In this document: in pieces, positions 1 through 10,830 of the stretch
How the letters are laid out: every line of letters begins with the position of its first letter
Position numbering within the stretch: position 1 is the stretch's first letter
NCBI GenBank assembly: GCA_965645245.1
Contig: OZ287075.1
Coordinates: forward strand, 2,414,309 to 2,434,308
Source of the DNA: Massalongia carnosa
Taxonomy: Eukaryota
Reading direction: 5' to 3'
Length of the DNA: 20,000 bases
The notes under the pieces: generated by a model
Database searches by the model: none
Told to the model about the DNA's origin: nothing
The model's input: only the letters and a program-made list of their open reading frames with translations
Program-made: the position numbers and the translations under genes

Positions 1-459
1 CAGGCATTCACTACTGGAAGATGGGATCCACAGGGGCTACACAACGTGATGGTCACAATAGAGGTATAAATAGGTCGGGTCGGGTCAAAGGGTAGACTTA
101 ATGCTACCCTTTTAAAGTGCTTGATCATTGATCTATATAGGATAGGACAATCCATAACCTAAGCTCTTCTTCCATACCTTGCCCATACTACCTGGTATTT
201 TCGGACTCCGAATACTTCGGACACCGAAAGACACGGGTAGATAAGACTAGGCAGGTGAGCTAGGGGAGGTGAGGCGAGGCGAGGGGATACTTCGTGTACT
301 ACGAAAACACCTCCATAATAAGTTAAGTCCCCACACTATGCCTGACTGGGTTAGGCGGGACCTTATTGTCTTGGTGGTTGTTTTGGCTGTACGTATCCCA
401 CATAGCCACATAGGCCAGTCTTACGTTCAACGAACACATACTAGGCCTACCCTATTACA
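1..459. mobile_element. LTR-like remnant (one end only) inserted into the RT fragment
   Basis: RT homology stops right after FSNLQKC, at ...CTATTACA (459), which reads TGTAATAG on the minus strand like an LTR terminus. The segment is noncoding with TATA-like TATAAATA at 65-72. The other end is not visible. Confidence 0.35.
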
Positions 460-1112
460 TTTTTGTAAGTTGGAAAATAAGCCATGCTTACGGAGTTGTT
501 CTAACACCCATCGCACAGAATCTTCATGGGCTTTACCCTTCTGTTCGGTATAGATCAGTATATCATCCAAACAAACGATGCAGAAGACATCCAGTTTTAG
601 TGCCAACGCTTTATTGATATAGGCTTGGAAGGAGGCCGGAGCATTGGATAATCCGAACGGCATGACGCAGTATTCGAAATGGCCATATCGGGTGCGAAAG
701 GCTGTCTTCCATTCGTCGCCTTTCTTAATTCTGATACGATTATAGGCTGCAATCAAATCCAATTGGGTGTACTGTTTGGCCCGTCCTAGTCGATCTAAAG
801 ACTCGCCTACTAATGGTAGCGGGTAGCGATTTTTAACTGTCAGATTGTTCAGACCCCTATAATCCACGCAGAGCCTCAGGGTACCATTTGCCTCAGGCAC
901 GAAGAGAATAGGAGCTCCAGCTGGTGAGGTAGATGGCTGGATAAACCCATTAGCCAGGTGAGCATCGAGGTAGGCCCTTAGCACTGTGAGCTCTATTTCT
1001 GATAGGCTATAAATAGGTTCATATAGAGGCTGCTTTCCATCCACGAGGTCGATCGCATGATCATGTAGCCCGTGCTCTGGTAGCTCGGCTGCACTATCTT
1101 CCGAAAAGACAT
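460..1112 (-). pseudogene. Ty3/gypsy pol fragment (reverse transcriptase domain), truncated at both ends
   Basis: Motifs [23 protein letters not shown] (upstream of the listed ORF start), [55 protein letters not shown] and CLDDILIY (YxDD degenerated to CLDD). Confidence 0.95.
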
Positions 1113-1288
1113 TGTAGGGGGGTGGAGCGGTGATACTCTTAATTCAAATTGCTAGCGGTTCGGGAGTTGGTTCTTTTCGGCTGATACTCGGTAAAGGTAG
1201 CGGGGAAGTCAGGTGACAGTCTTTCCTTTAGTTTAGTTATAGATAGTTCTTTCCTTTTAGAGCAAGCATGCTCGTAGCAATAGCTACA
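1113..1288 (+). mobile_element. Candidate LTR (TGTAG...CTACA, 176 bp)
   Basis: Starts exactly where RT homology ends and has a 5-bp terminal inverted repeat. The flanks GACAT/ACACA do not form a TSD. Alternatively, 1113-1461 is one longer LTR. Confidence 0.5.
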
Positions 1289-1475
1289 ACACACAGCATC
1301 AACACATACAGTTCACAGGCACGAGGCACGAGGCGCGAGGCATACAGTGACCAGTCTAGCTATTGTTCTTATTCTATTGTCTTGTTCTTCCCTTGTTTGT
1401 TTGTTCTCTTGCACTCCCAGCAGTAGTGGACCACGCACACCACCCAGTTCATCCTTCCACATTTGGCGACCACGG
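1289..1475 (+). mobile_element. 3' part of an LTR (ends ...TTCCACA at 1461) followed by a tRNA-type primer-binding site TGGCGACCACGG (1464-1475)
   Basis: CA end + 2-nt spacer + TGG (complement of tRNA CCA) is the canonical 5'LTR-PBS arrangement. A gag-like remnant lies downstream. The tRNA identity is not determined. Confidence 0.55.
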
Positions 1476-1548
1476 TGCGATCTCTATTTGACCGGGAGTA
1501 GGAATCAAACGACGAGTCTAGATAGACATGTGAGACAGACAGTAGACT

Positions 1549-1666
1549 TACAGCGACAGCGACAGCGACAGGCGACAGCGACAGGAAACAGCGACAGGAA
1601 ATAGCGACAGGAAATAGCGACAGGCGACAGCGACAGGAAACAGCGATCTAGAAGCAGCGACAGCGT
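1549..1666 (+). repeat. Degenerate tandem repeat of CAGCGA / AGCGACAGGAAA units
   Basis: Direct reading: cagcgacagcgacagcgacaggcgacagcgacaggaaacagcgacaggaaatagcgacagg... Confidence 0.9.
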
Positions 1667-2046
1667 ACAGAGATCTAGAGATAGTGGGAAAACGACATGC
1701 AGCGACCGGAGGAAGACAGAAAGAACGGGGGCATCCATTTGACCCTAACAGAGGGTGGCGATACGAACAGACCTCACCTGAACGGGCGGAATTGATTATA
1801 GGGGAAGAGACGGACCCGAATAGTCTGCGATACGGTGGAGACGGTCGAGAGTCTAACATAGCGACATCACGATTCCGATAGGCGGGAGATAGGTGGCCGA
1901 TTTAACCCGAACCAATCAGCGAGCTCGAATTCCGTCTCGGTGGCAAGCTAATCCTGTTTGAGAAAATCGTGAGAATAAGCGAGCAGCCTCGAGGACTGAG
2001 CGACGTCGTCGATTTGACAATGTGAACAGAAGGACCCACCAGAAAC

Positions 2047-2658
2047 ATGGGGTTCGGAAAGTACCGCATTCCTGCCCGAAGGCCATCCGGAATCGAGACC
2101 ATGGCGACTGAACGGCACCGAGGAGGCATAAAAGCTGCCTCACTGCCCATCTTCAACAGATCATTTCATTCATCTTTTTCACCTTATTCATCCTGTTCAG
2201 ACAGTGTCGAGCACAAAGCATATCAGCATAACAGGCCTTCGGACCTACCTCCACCATACATTTATCCTACTAGCCCGCACTGTCATCACTACTGTTGTCA
2301 GTCGAATGGAGAGGACAAGGAAACAACAACAGCTCTTCTTTCGAAAATCGTTACACACCTCCTACCTATACTTGAGCGACTTGCTACTACTACCTGCAAG
2401 CATACTGAACCTGCTACTGAGACCGCTGTCCGAACTAGCCCACCGACTCGACCTGAGTGTGAGAGTTCATCGTCGGCTACCATATCTACAATCGAAAATC
2501 AGTCTAGTGGTGCAACAATCAGCGACATGGCTACTCTATCTACGACTTGTCTCGAGTACTCTAGGAATAGACCTGCTATGTCTGCAGGGCCCTTCGGGTT
2601 TGTGATGACCATGCCTCAGCCAGGGACTCCCGGGACCCCATTCTTTCAAGGTAAATGA
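2047..2658 (+). pseudogene. Truncated N-terminal part of a fungal Ty3/gypsy gag-like ORF
   Basis: The ORF ends in MPQPGTPGTPFFQGK, which resembles the PxPGTPGAPFFxG start of the conserved domain in fungal retrotransposon Gag-like proteins (recognised from memory). It lies downstream of the LTR end/PBS and is cut at ~2658. The true start codon is uncertain. Confidence 0.55.
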
Positions 2659-2760
2659 TGTCGGAATCCGGGGTGAAGGTTAGAACACAAGTAGTGGATT
2701 TTTTCGGCGCAATCGATCGGCAAGGACTTCAATCATCATTCTCATTCAGTCGTTAACCAT

Positions 2761-5444
2761 TGTAAGCATTGTTGGTTGAGTGGTGATGATTCAAAGAGGA
2801 GAAGTCATGTCACAATATTCTGCCGGAGCACTATACCGCGCTAACCGAATTCGGGTTTTTTCCTGTATTTCTCATGCGAATCCTAATCCTAACTACGAGA
2901 AGTGATCGATCATGCGATGATGTGAATAATGTGATCATGCGATGAGATCATGCGATGGGTAACTTAGACATGTCATTGATTTTACATTCTTAGCCACCCT
3001 TCTTTTCTCGTGTCACCTACCGCGCTAACCGAATTAGGGTTTTTTCCTAAATTCCTCATCTCTAGAACTTCGACTGCTCAGCGTCACTCTTCCTCGATCA
3101 TGCCTTCTACGGAGTCATTGAAAAAATTATGTGGTAGGCCTCGAAAGTACTCTACTGATGAAGCTGGAGCGGCCAAGAGACGGCAGAGTCAAGGTTATTA
3201 CCACAATCTATCGCGCCCGGTTGGTCTTGCAGGTCCCGTCGACTTTGTGCCTACGAGCCTCTACCTATATCCAATATCCCTAGCGACACCCTGCCAGCCA
3301 TTGGTCTGCGAACCAGCCTCCATATACCAATCCCTCCGGATCGCGATATAACGGAAGACTGTGAGGAAGAGCTTGAGCCCGAAGCATACTAAGGATAATC
3401 CCTCTCGAACTGCAACTCCAAATTCCCTACACGAGGAACCCGAAATCGTTCAACAAGTAGAGAAAATACGCACAGAGGAGGTGACAAATACTGAAGACGC
3501 AGACTATGATGTGGAGGTCACGGCACGCTTAGAGGAGTCGGCAGCCTATCTCGAGGCAGCAGCAGTGCTCTAGGCACTACGAATTGGGCAACAAGAGAGG
3601 CAGGAGAGCAGCAAGGCCGGGTCACCGTATTCTGACTACACCGCCCAGCAGTTTAGTGATGTCGAATCAGCAGCACCTACACACAACAGCACACCAATTC
3701 ATAGTCCACCGAATACAGATATACAAAAGGGCAGTTCACCGCATACTGCAGATACATGACGCAGTCACAGCAGGACTTCCAAGGCTCAGTCAAGTAGCAC
3801 CAGTAGTAGACGTGGGACTTCGTTCCCAACGCCGATAAACACGCTATTATCATGGATGAAGCCCATGACAGGTGTCGATTCTAACCCTACTTCGCCCACT
3901 TCACGCCCATATCCAAGCATTGCTATATCTACACCTCCGCCCTCGGATCTTCATCAACCTGCTGGATCCGTCGAAGCACCACCACCCGTGCCTTCAAGAG
4001 AACCCCCCCTAGGCCAAAGTCCACAACCAGCAGTACAACAGGCACCGCGTAGCGCGCAGAGTGCCCACATCGCAAATCCAAGCCCCGATCAACTAGAGAG
4101 CACATCCTCTAAGCTGACCAAGCAGCTACGTAAATTCCGGTGCTGCACTCATGAGCAGCATACCGAAGCCGATCGCCAGCATGAAGAACACCACCAACGC
4201 CGAGGTGTGCAAGCGTTGTTGGTTGAGTTGTGATAGATAAATGTAAGGTGTCCTTGAGAATTACATGAATTGCAAAGGCGGTCGTGTAACTAACTCGATT
4301 CTGCAGAAGCACATTGCCCAATTGAGTTTTTTCCTGATTTTTAGTAACACGTAATCCCGACCTGATTCAAGTGATCAAGTGATGTAACTACGAGGAGTGA
4401 TCATGCGATAAGTAGCTTAGACCTACCATTGATTTTAAATTCTTAGCTGCCGTTCTGGTGGATTTTATTGATGTGTTCTATTGTCGCGTACCGCGCTAAC
4501 CGAATTCGGGTATTTTCCTGAATCCCCCATGTTCAAGAGTTATCGCGGTCGCTAGTCATCTCTAAGACCTCGACTGCTTAGCGTCACTCTTCCCCGATCA
4601 TGCCTTCTACGGAGCCATTGAAAAAACCAGGTGGTAGGCCTCGAAAGTACTCTACTGCTGATGAAGCTGTAGCGGCTAAGAGACGGCAAAGTCGAGGTTA
4701 TTACCACAATCCATTGCGCCCGGTTGGTCTTGCAGGTCCCTTCGACTTTGATGCCTACGAGCCTCTACCTACATGCGATATCCCTAGCGACACCCTGCCT
4801 GCCATTGGTCTGCGAACCAGCCTCCACATACCAATCCCTCGGGATCGCGATATAGCGGAAGACTGTGAGGAAGAGCTGGAACCCGAAGCATTCCTAACCA
4901 GAACAACCCCCCTCGAACTGCAACTCCAAATTCCCTGCATGAGGAGCCCGAAATCATTCGACAAGTTGAGAAAATACGCACAGAGGAGGTGACAAACACT
5001 GAAGACGCAGACTTTGATGCGGAGGTCACGGCACGCTTGGAGTAGTCGGCAGCCTATCTCGAGGCAGCAGCAGTGCTCCAGGCACTACTAATTGGGCAAC
5101 AAGAGAGGCAGGAGAGCAGCAAGGCCGGGTTACAGTATTCTGACTACGCCGCCTAGTAGTTCAGTGATGTCGAATCAGTAGCACCTAGACACAACAGAAC
5201 ACCGATTCATAGTCCACCGAATACAGATATACAACAGGGCAGTTCACCGCATACTGCAGATAAAAAAATACAGCATACCGCGTAGCGTGCAGAGTGCACA
5301 TATCGCAAATCTGAGCCCTGATCAACTAGAGAGCACATCCTCTAAGCTGGCCAAGTAGCTACGTAAATTCCGGTGCTGCACTCATGAGCAGCATACCGAA
5401 GCCGATCGCCAGCATGAAGAACACCAACAACGCCGAGATGTGCA
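2761..5444 (+). repeat. Head-to-tail diverged segmental duplication: unit 1 at 2761-4211, unit 2 at 4208-5444
   Basis: Both units start TG(T/C)AAGC(A/G)TTGTTGGTTGAGT and share upstream boxes and coding sequence (e.g. 3100-3750 vs 4600-5260, and 4045-4211 vs 5278-5444). Unit 2 lacks ~280 bp corresponding to ~3755-4035. Confidence 0.95.
3100..4211 (+). pseudogene. Unknown AT-hook gene, copy 1 (5' part only, frameshifted)
   Basis: MPSTESLKKLCGRPRKYS..., an acidic/Pro-rich linker, then KLTKQLRKFRCCTHEQH. Frameshifts and a TAG at 3571. Truncated at the start of unit 2. Confidence 0.8.
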
Positions 5445-6325
5445 CTCAGAGTGCTCATCTATACCTGATATTACTTCCATTATTAAAGGGTTACACAATG
5501 GGGGCATTTCGCTTCCCGATGTCCTCAAAAGCCCCCGACTGATGAGAGCCACCGATATCCAGATCGTCGGCTGCAAGGCGGCATTCGAAGGCACTGCTAG
5601 TGCTCGCCTGGACGAAGCCACTCCCCATAACGATGGACTTCCTCCGTGTCTTTGCCTGTCCAAGAAACACAACCAAGGGTTGGTTTCGACATCGACAGCA
5701 CCTGTTGTTTCCCCCAGAGTCTCGGGTTTGCCCGTCGCGGGATAGAGTGGTTCCCCAAGGCCCATCCCGTCCTCAATCTCACGGGCGACATCCACTTTGG
5801 GTTGAAGGTCCCTGGTTACACGATCAAGGACAATCCATTCCTAAGCTATGTCCCGCTGCATAAGACACCCCACTACTGCTTTGGGTGCGTGGTTGGCATG
5901 AGCGATTTTCTCATGTTTATCTTCATTCCCGCCCTGCACAAAGAGAGCGATCATGAGCATACCTCGTATCTCAGTAAGCGCGACGAGCAGCTCTGGTTGG
6001 ATGACATCCTCCTTCCCTGTATCACCAAGGTTGTTAAGTCTTCCAACATACTGCTGAACTATCCGGCCTCTTCTCGCATAGCCGACCTTGCATTCACGGC
6101 AATATCTGCAGAGAGCCTCAAACGGAAGGCGTCTGCCAACCAGCAGGTAATTCGCTGGCTCCATCGTGTCAGCTGAACATATATAATTTCTATCTATGTT
6201 TGGGCAACTCTCCCCTCGCTGCTGCCCTGCTGGCGCTCACTTTTGCTGAAGGCACCTCCTATAATGGCTTTGTTTTGGCAGCAGTGAGGGGAAAAACTTC
6301 CAACCCCAAGCAGGGAATGGCCCAC

Positions 6326-7370
6326 CTACGGTGGTGCTGTTCGGAACGTGGCGGGGGGTCGTTGAAAACGAAGGGAGGTCGCTATTAATTGGTCCGGGAG
6401 TGTCTGAATGTACAATTGATACGAGTCTGATTTCCATCGGCCCAATGTCTGAATATCTTCCTCTAGCAAGCCCGAGTTTTTGGCCGTTGTTGCTGCACCC
6501 CGTCGAAACGAATGACCCGAGTAATTCCCTCGGACGCCAAATGCCCGGAGGCCACTCCGTAGGGCCTGCACTAAATATTCACGAGTGAAGGCCTTGTCCT
6601 GAACCTGGAACAATGGGGACGATGCTGGTTTCGGGAATCGGGTAAACAAGTTCCGAATGTAGGTGATCGAGCATGCTTCGTCGTTTGTTGCTGCAATATA
6701 AATTTTTCTACCCCTTCGAAAAGGATCCGTCTTGTATGACGGTAGGGAAAGAATTATTCGATCCGCCTGTAGATCCACCGATTTCCTAGTTAAATGCCAT
6801 GAATCGAAGCTGGAGTCTTGCATTTCTCCCTGTTTGTAGGTAAATTCTCCCGCTCTTAAGAAGGCAGCGAATGCGATGCTGTATGCCGCATGAAGTGTTG
6901 CCTGGACCTCGTTAGTAGTGTCTAGTTTCCGTAGCAATTTTATTAAAATGTTGCGTGTGATTGGTAGCCTTTCTCGTCTTTCTGGTTCACCGTGCATTCG
7001 TTTTATTCCCGCTATTATTCTGTCTAGGACTGGATGGTGAAATACCTCCAGGTCCCCTAGGCCCATGTCCAATTGGCTCGATCGTACTCCAGCTAAATAG
7101 GTTTTGATGGTTTTGGGGCGGAGCCCTCGCTGACCCAGGGCGGCTATCCATGCCGAAAGGCTTCAAATGTCGCTGGAAAGGGAGGGAAATTCGTTGCCAA
7201 TTGACAGTGGGTCGTGTAGCTTTTCCGGGCTGCATCGTATAGCCCTCGAGTCCTAATTGCTATGCCCCACCATAAATATCTGGCTGCTCGGCGATCCAGC
7301 GGAACCTCGTTATACCAAGTCTCTGGAGGGTCGCGGGCGAGTGACGCCGTTATTTGTTCGATGAAATGCC
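6326..7370 (-). pseudogene. Tyrosine recombinase ORF of the YR retrotransposon (1-nt frameshift at ~7160)
   Basis: Catalytic set FLRAGEF (R), SYKTDPFR (K), GHSFRRGAAT (HxxR), LGRWKSDSYQLY (W, Y). N-terminal part AARYLWWGIAIRTRGLYDAARKSY...AWIAALGQRGLRPKTIKTYLAGVRS reconstructed across the frameshift. Confidence 0.95.
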
Positions 7371-8963
7371 CTGCAGGTTGGGGTAATTGTCAGCGATTTT
7401 TCCAAATAGTCCTCGGGACAACCAATCTGTAAAGAAATTTTCTTTGGTAGACAACCAGTGTGGTTCAATCTCAATGTCATATATTGCCGCCATCATGGCG
7501 ATATTCCGGAGGGGATGCATGGCCCCGCCTCGAATGGAGGTCTTTTTGACCCCGGACATTACAGCAAAGCTGTCGCAATAAAGAAGAAGATGAGCTCCCT
7601 TGCACATGGGGAGCCACCGCCGTATGGCGTGCAAAATCGCTGTCATCTCCTTCTCATTGATATGTTTGGCTCTGAGCCTGGTGGTATAACGTTCAGAAAC
7701 CACTTGCTCAGCGGGCAATGTGTGTGTGGTCTGACCACCTTGAAGTATGTATGCCCCGATTCCGAAGTCCCCACTGGCATCCGTCCAGAGACGGAGCAGG
7801 GGTCTCGAAGGGCTAATAATGTGTATACCGTTCCATAATGGAAGGAAATGATGCCACCATAAAAGATCAGCTTTTATGTGAGAATTAATATGAATAAATA
7901 GGCGCGCGGGCCCGATTTTGCTGTTGAAAAGGCGTCGGAGAAAGGTTCTTCCCGGTACCACCACTTTGGCTGCAAAGCACAGAAATCCCAGCAAAGTGTC
8001 TAGCTCGTTTCTGGCTATCGTGGATTTATTCAATGTTGATTCGACGAGATCCTTAGCTTTCTGAAGCTTTTCGGCCGGTAGTCGTGCCTGCATCAGGTGT
8101 GTGTCCAGCTCTATGCCCAGGAATTCGACTACCGTGCCTTATTTATTTTTCTTTTCGTTGATTTTTAGGCCGAGCTCTGAACAAATTTCGGCAAAGTTCC
8201 GATCGAAGGATGCCGCATCGGGAATAGCGCGAACGATTCCGAGAAAGTCGTCCAAGTAGTGAATAACTTCGCCATTTGTTTTATTAATCATCATCCAGTT
8301 CAGACCTTTCGCGAATAAGTCAAACAAGAAGGGAGACGTCCTGAGGCCGAATGGAAGAAAGCGTTCTATCCAGTAAACCCCGTTCCAACAAAAACCCAGC
8401 AACCACCAATCGCTTTGCGCCACTGGAACGTGGCGAAAGGCATCGGCTAGATCTCGTTTGATCAGTACGCAGTCCTTGCCCATTCTTCTGACGCCGGCGA
8501 GGGCTTCGTCGAAAGTGATATATTCCAGAGCGCCCCATTCCTCGGGAATGAAGTCGTTCACCGAATTACCCTCGGGGTGGGAGAGGTGATGAGTACGGCG
8601 CCATCCTCCGTTTGCTTTGGGGACTAAGCCTAAGGGGGAGCATATATATTTGGCTGGTAGGGTGGGCACCTCGATCAATCGGTTTTTGGCCCTTTGGTCC
8701 TCTACGTCCATGGTTAGAATTTCTGGGGCCTCGTTGGCCGAGGCCAGGTTGCTGCTTAGAATGAACTGATCTGGGCCGGTGTAACCAATTTTGGCCCCGT
8801 ACACGATTATATCGTGAATGGTCTGTTTGTAAATTTTGTCCGGATGACCCATGAGGTGAAGTTCCCAGCCTTCTTTTCTTAGAGGCCCTGAGGGTACGAT
8901 TGCTGATTTATCTATCAGCGGATAGGGGAACCCTTCGGCGATATGATCAAATGGGCCGGCTAG
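7350..8963 (-). pseudogene. RT-RNase H (pol) of the YR retrotransposon, one premature TAA at 8139-8141
   Basis: SPLGLVPK, WRRTHHLS, DLADAFR, LPFGLRTSPFLF, HYLDDF. The same frame continues after the stop as GTVVEFLGIELDT, then RNase H motifs WTDAS, INEKE, YCDS, NFFTDWLSR. Confidence 0.95.
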
Positions 8964-10087
8964 TCAATCTCGTCTACCTGTTGACATGAAATTTGGGTTG
9001 CTAATATGTGCCTTGGGGCAGTTGTTTTTCGTGTGATGGCCGAAACAGAGACTGCAGAAGTGAGGACACCTGCATTCCTTGCATTCCCGCCCTGCGTTGT
9101 ATCGATTGCAGGACATAGGCTTTGGTTCAGTGGAGCCGCCTACCGGAATTGATCCCGGGTGCTGCTTGGTGGTACCTCCCGTCATGGACAAGTTAGGTGT
9201 CCGTCGAGTAGGGTACATGTTTTCGACGGTGGTGTCGATTCTCCTCCATCCGGCCGGGTCGTTCACCCCCTGGTACACCCGACCCCTGTGAAAGATTATA
9301 TGAAATACTCGTACTGACTCCCAAGTGTAGATGGTGTAATGTAACAACAAGCGGTCTGATAGATTTGAAAGGCCCTACAAAGACTGTCTTTTATTCCGGA
9401 TGGTGCCAAATAAAGCAAGACCTGCCAATACACCCCGAGGCAGCGAATCAGGTGAGGTAGTTCCTTGATGTCTCGTGGTGACGCATCGTCTTCTTCTTGT
9501 ATTAACTCGTATCCTTTGGCCAGGTTCACTCGTTTGACAGTTGGTTTGATTAAGACTACATCGGTGCAGAGCTTGGAAATATTTATGGGATCGAATTTGT
9601 TGTTCAGAATTTGTCGGAAATAAATGCTGTTTATGGCGGGATACTCGATAATTAGAGGAAGGAGACATGGATCCGTACCTTCGGTTTCAGCGGGCAGTAG
9701 CTGGTTCGGGTGGGGAGTGTGTGCCTCCTGCCTACCCTCGGGGACTGTGTTTCCTTCCCTTATGCGCTGAATGGCCGCCAAGTTGTCGGCGATTTGCTTT
9801 TGAAGGTGACGGGTCTCCTCCTGCCTGAGGGCTGTCGCCGTGGCCTCCTGCTGAGCCCTGAGGTCCAACAGCAGGTCCAGGGTTGGTTCCGGTGTTCGGT
9901 GGACGTCTATCACATCGCGCCGAAGTGTTCCTTCCGAGCCTTGAGTGTTCGGAGGATGCTGTGTTTCTGGAACTATGGCCCCTCCCCTAGGGGGTCGGGT
10001 AGAACGAGTGGGACGTTGACCAGGCCCGGAGGTGTTTCCGGAGCGGGCGGAAGGCTTGGTGATTCTTTGAGGGCGATGGGAAGGCAT
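8964..10087 (-). pseudogene. ORF1 (gag-like) of the YR retrotransposon, frameshift at ~9355
   Basis: Basic N-terminus and a predicted coiled coil, ending in the Cys/His finger CNRYNAGRECKECRCPHFCSLCFGHHTKNNC typical of DIRS/Ngaro ORF1. First ATG at 10087. TATA-like CATAAATA at ~10264-10271 on the minus strand. Confidence 0.85.
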
Positions 10088-10830
10088 GATGGGCTCAATG
10101 TGGGAGGTAATATAGGATGAGAAATGGAGGTGATTTAGAATGATGGGGCTGAGGGTGTGTGATTGACAGATGTGTTTAATTCGGGAAAGACTTTCAAAAG
10201 ACCTTTTGGTGCTGAACTCCAAATCAATGGTGATGATGAGGAGAAGAGTGCCAAAAGGCCATCTATTTATGCCCTTTCTTTCCCCTCCTTGTCCAACTAT
10301 TTGGACATCATCCTTCTTCGGCCTTCGGCCTTCGACCTTCGTTGGCTATCCACGGCCTGCCTCCACTCGGTCCCGTCATTACCTTTCGCCCTAGCCGAAT
10401 TACTTTAGTTGCCCATACGATCCAGCCGCGGTACCTCGATGAGCTCTGTACCTTGGTTGGTAGGACCATAGATGAGAATCCTAGGTTTCATCGGTTCCAA
10501 GGCGCAACACTGTTCACGCAGTCCAAGAGCACCAAGCTGGCAACTAATAACTCTACTGGTTTGGTCGAAGCATATATTGGCTGGAAGAGGCAGTGGCTGG
10601 ATGCAGCAGATCCGGAATTCTACAACTCAGATCGCACCTTTGTGGACATTGCAAAGCAAATCACCTCACAGGACAGCGCGCTTCCTTATGATTAGATACC
10701 AGAGAACCACGAAGCCGAGGTGTTCCTGTGGAAGAAGTGCTGCCTAGATGGGTATTGCAGGACGAGGATGATCCTCAACCCGGATGGAAGCAAGGCTAAA
10801 GGGAAGCCGAAGCGTACTGTATACTCCTCG

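Larger units (their letters stand above)
6147..10403 (-). mobile_element. Apparently full-length tyrosine-recombinase retrotransposon (Ngaro/DIRS order), ~4.26 kb, mildly decayed
   Basis: Order is gag-like - RT - RNase H - YR, with no protease, DDE integrase or recognisable methyltransferase. Ends are GTAATTCG (6147-6154) and CGAATTAC (10396-10403). No TSD, and the host reading frame is continuous across the insertion (within 1 nt of the boundary). Confidence 0.92.

Noticed and set aside
269..553. 94-aa plus-strand ORF and other short ORFs antisense to RT, pol, YR, helicase and gag
   Set aside because: They are shadow frames of recognisable TE genes and have no independent motifs.
1347..1881. 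Short ORFs with QRQR / SLSL / CRCR runs
   Set aside because: These come from translating the CAGCGA tandem repeat; no evidence of real proteins.
2659..2760. Possible LTR starting TGTCGGAATC where the gag remnant stops
   Set aside because: No matching ...ACA end with a TIR or TSD could be found.
6326..7370. Starship captain (DUF3435) or Crypton assignment for this YR
   Set aside because: It follows RT-RNase H directly and has the GHSFRRG/GRWxS signature of DIRS/Ngaro recombinases.
6147..10408. YR element ends look like an intron on the host strand (CAG|GTAATT ... TTTAG|)
   Set aside because: Splicing at these sites removes 4 nt too many and leaves the host gene out of frame, and the host copy is already a pseudogene.
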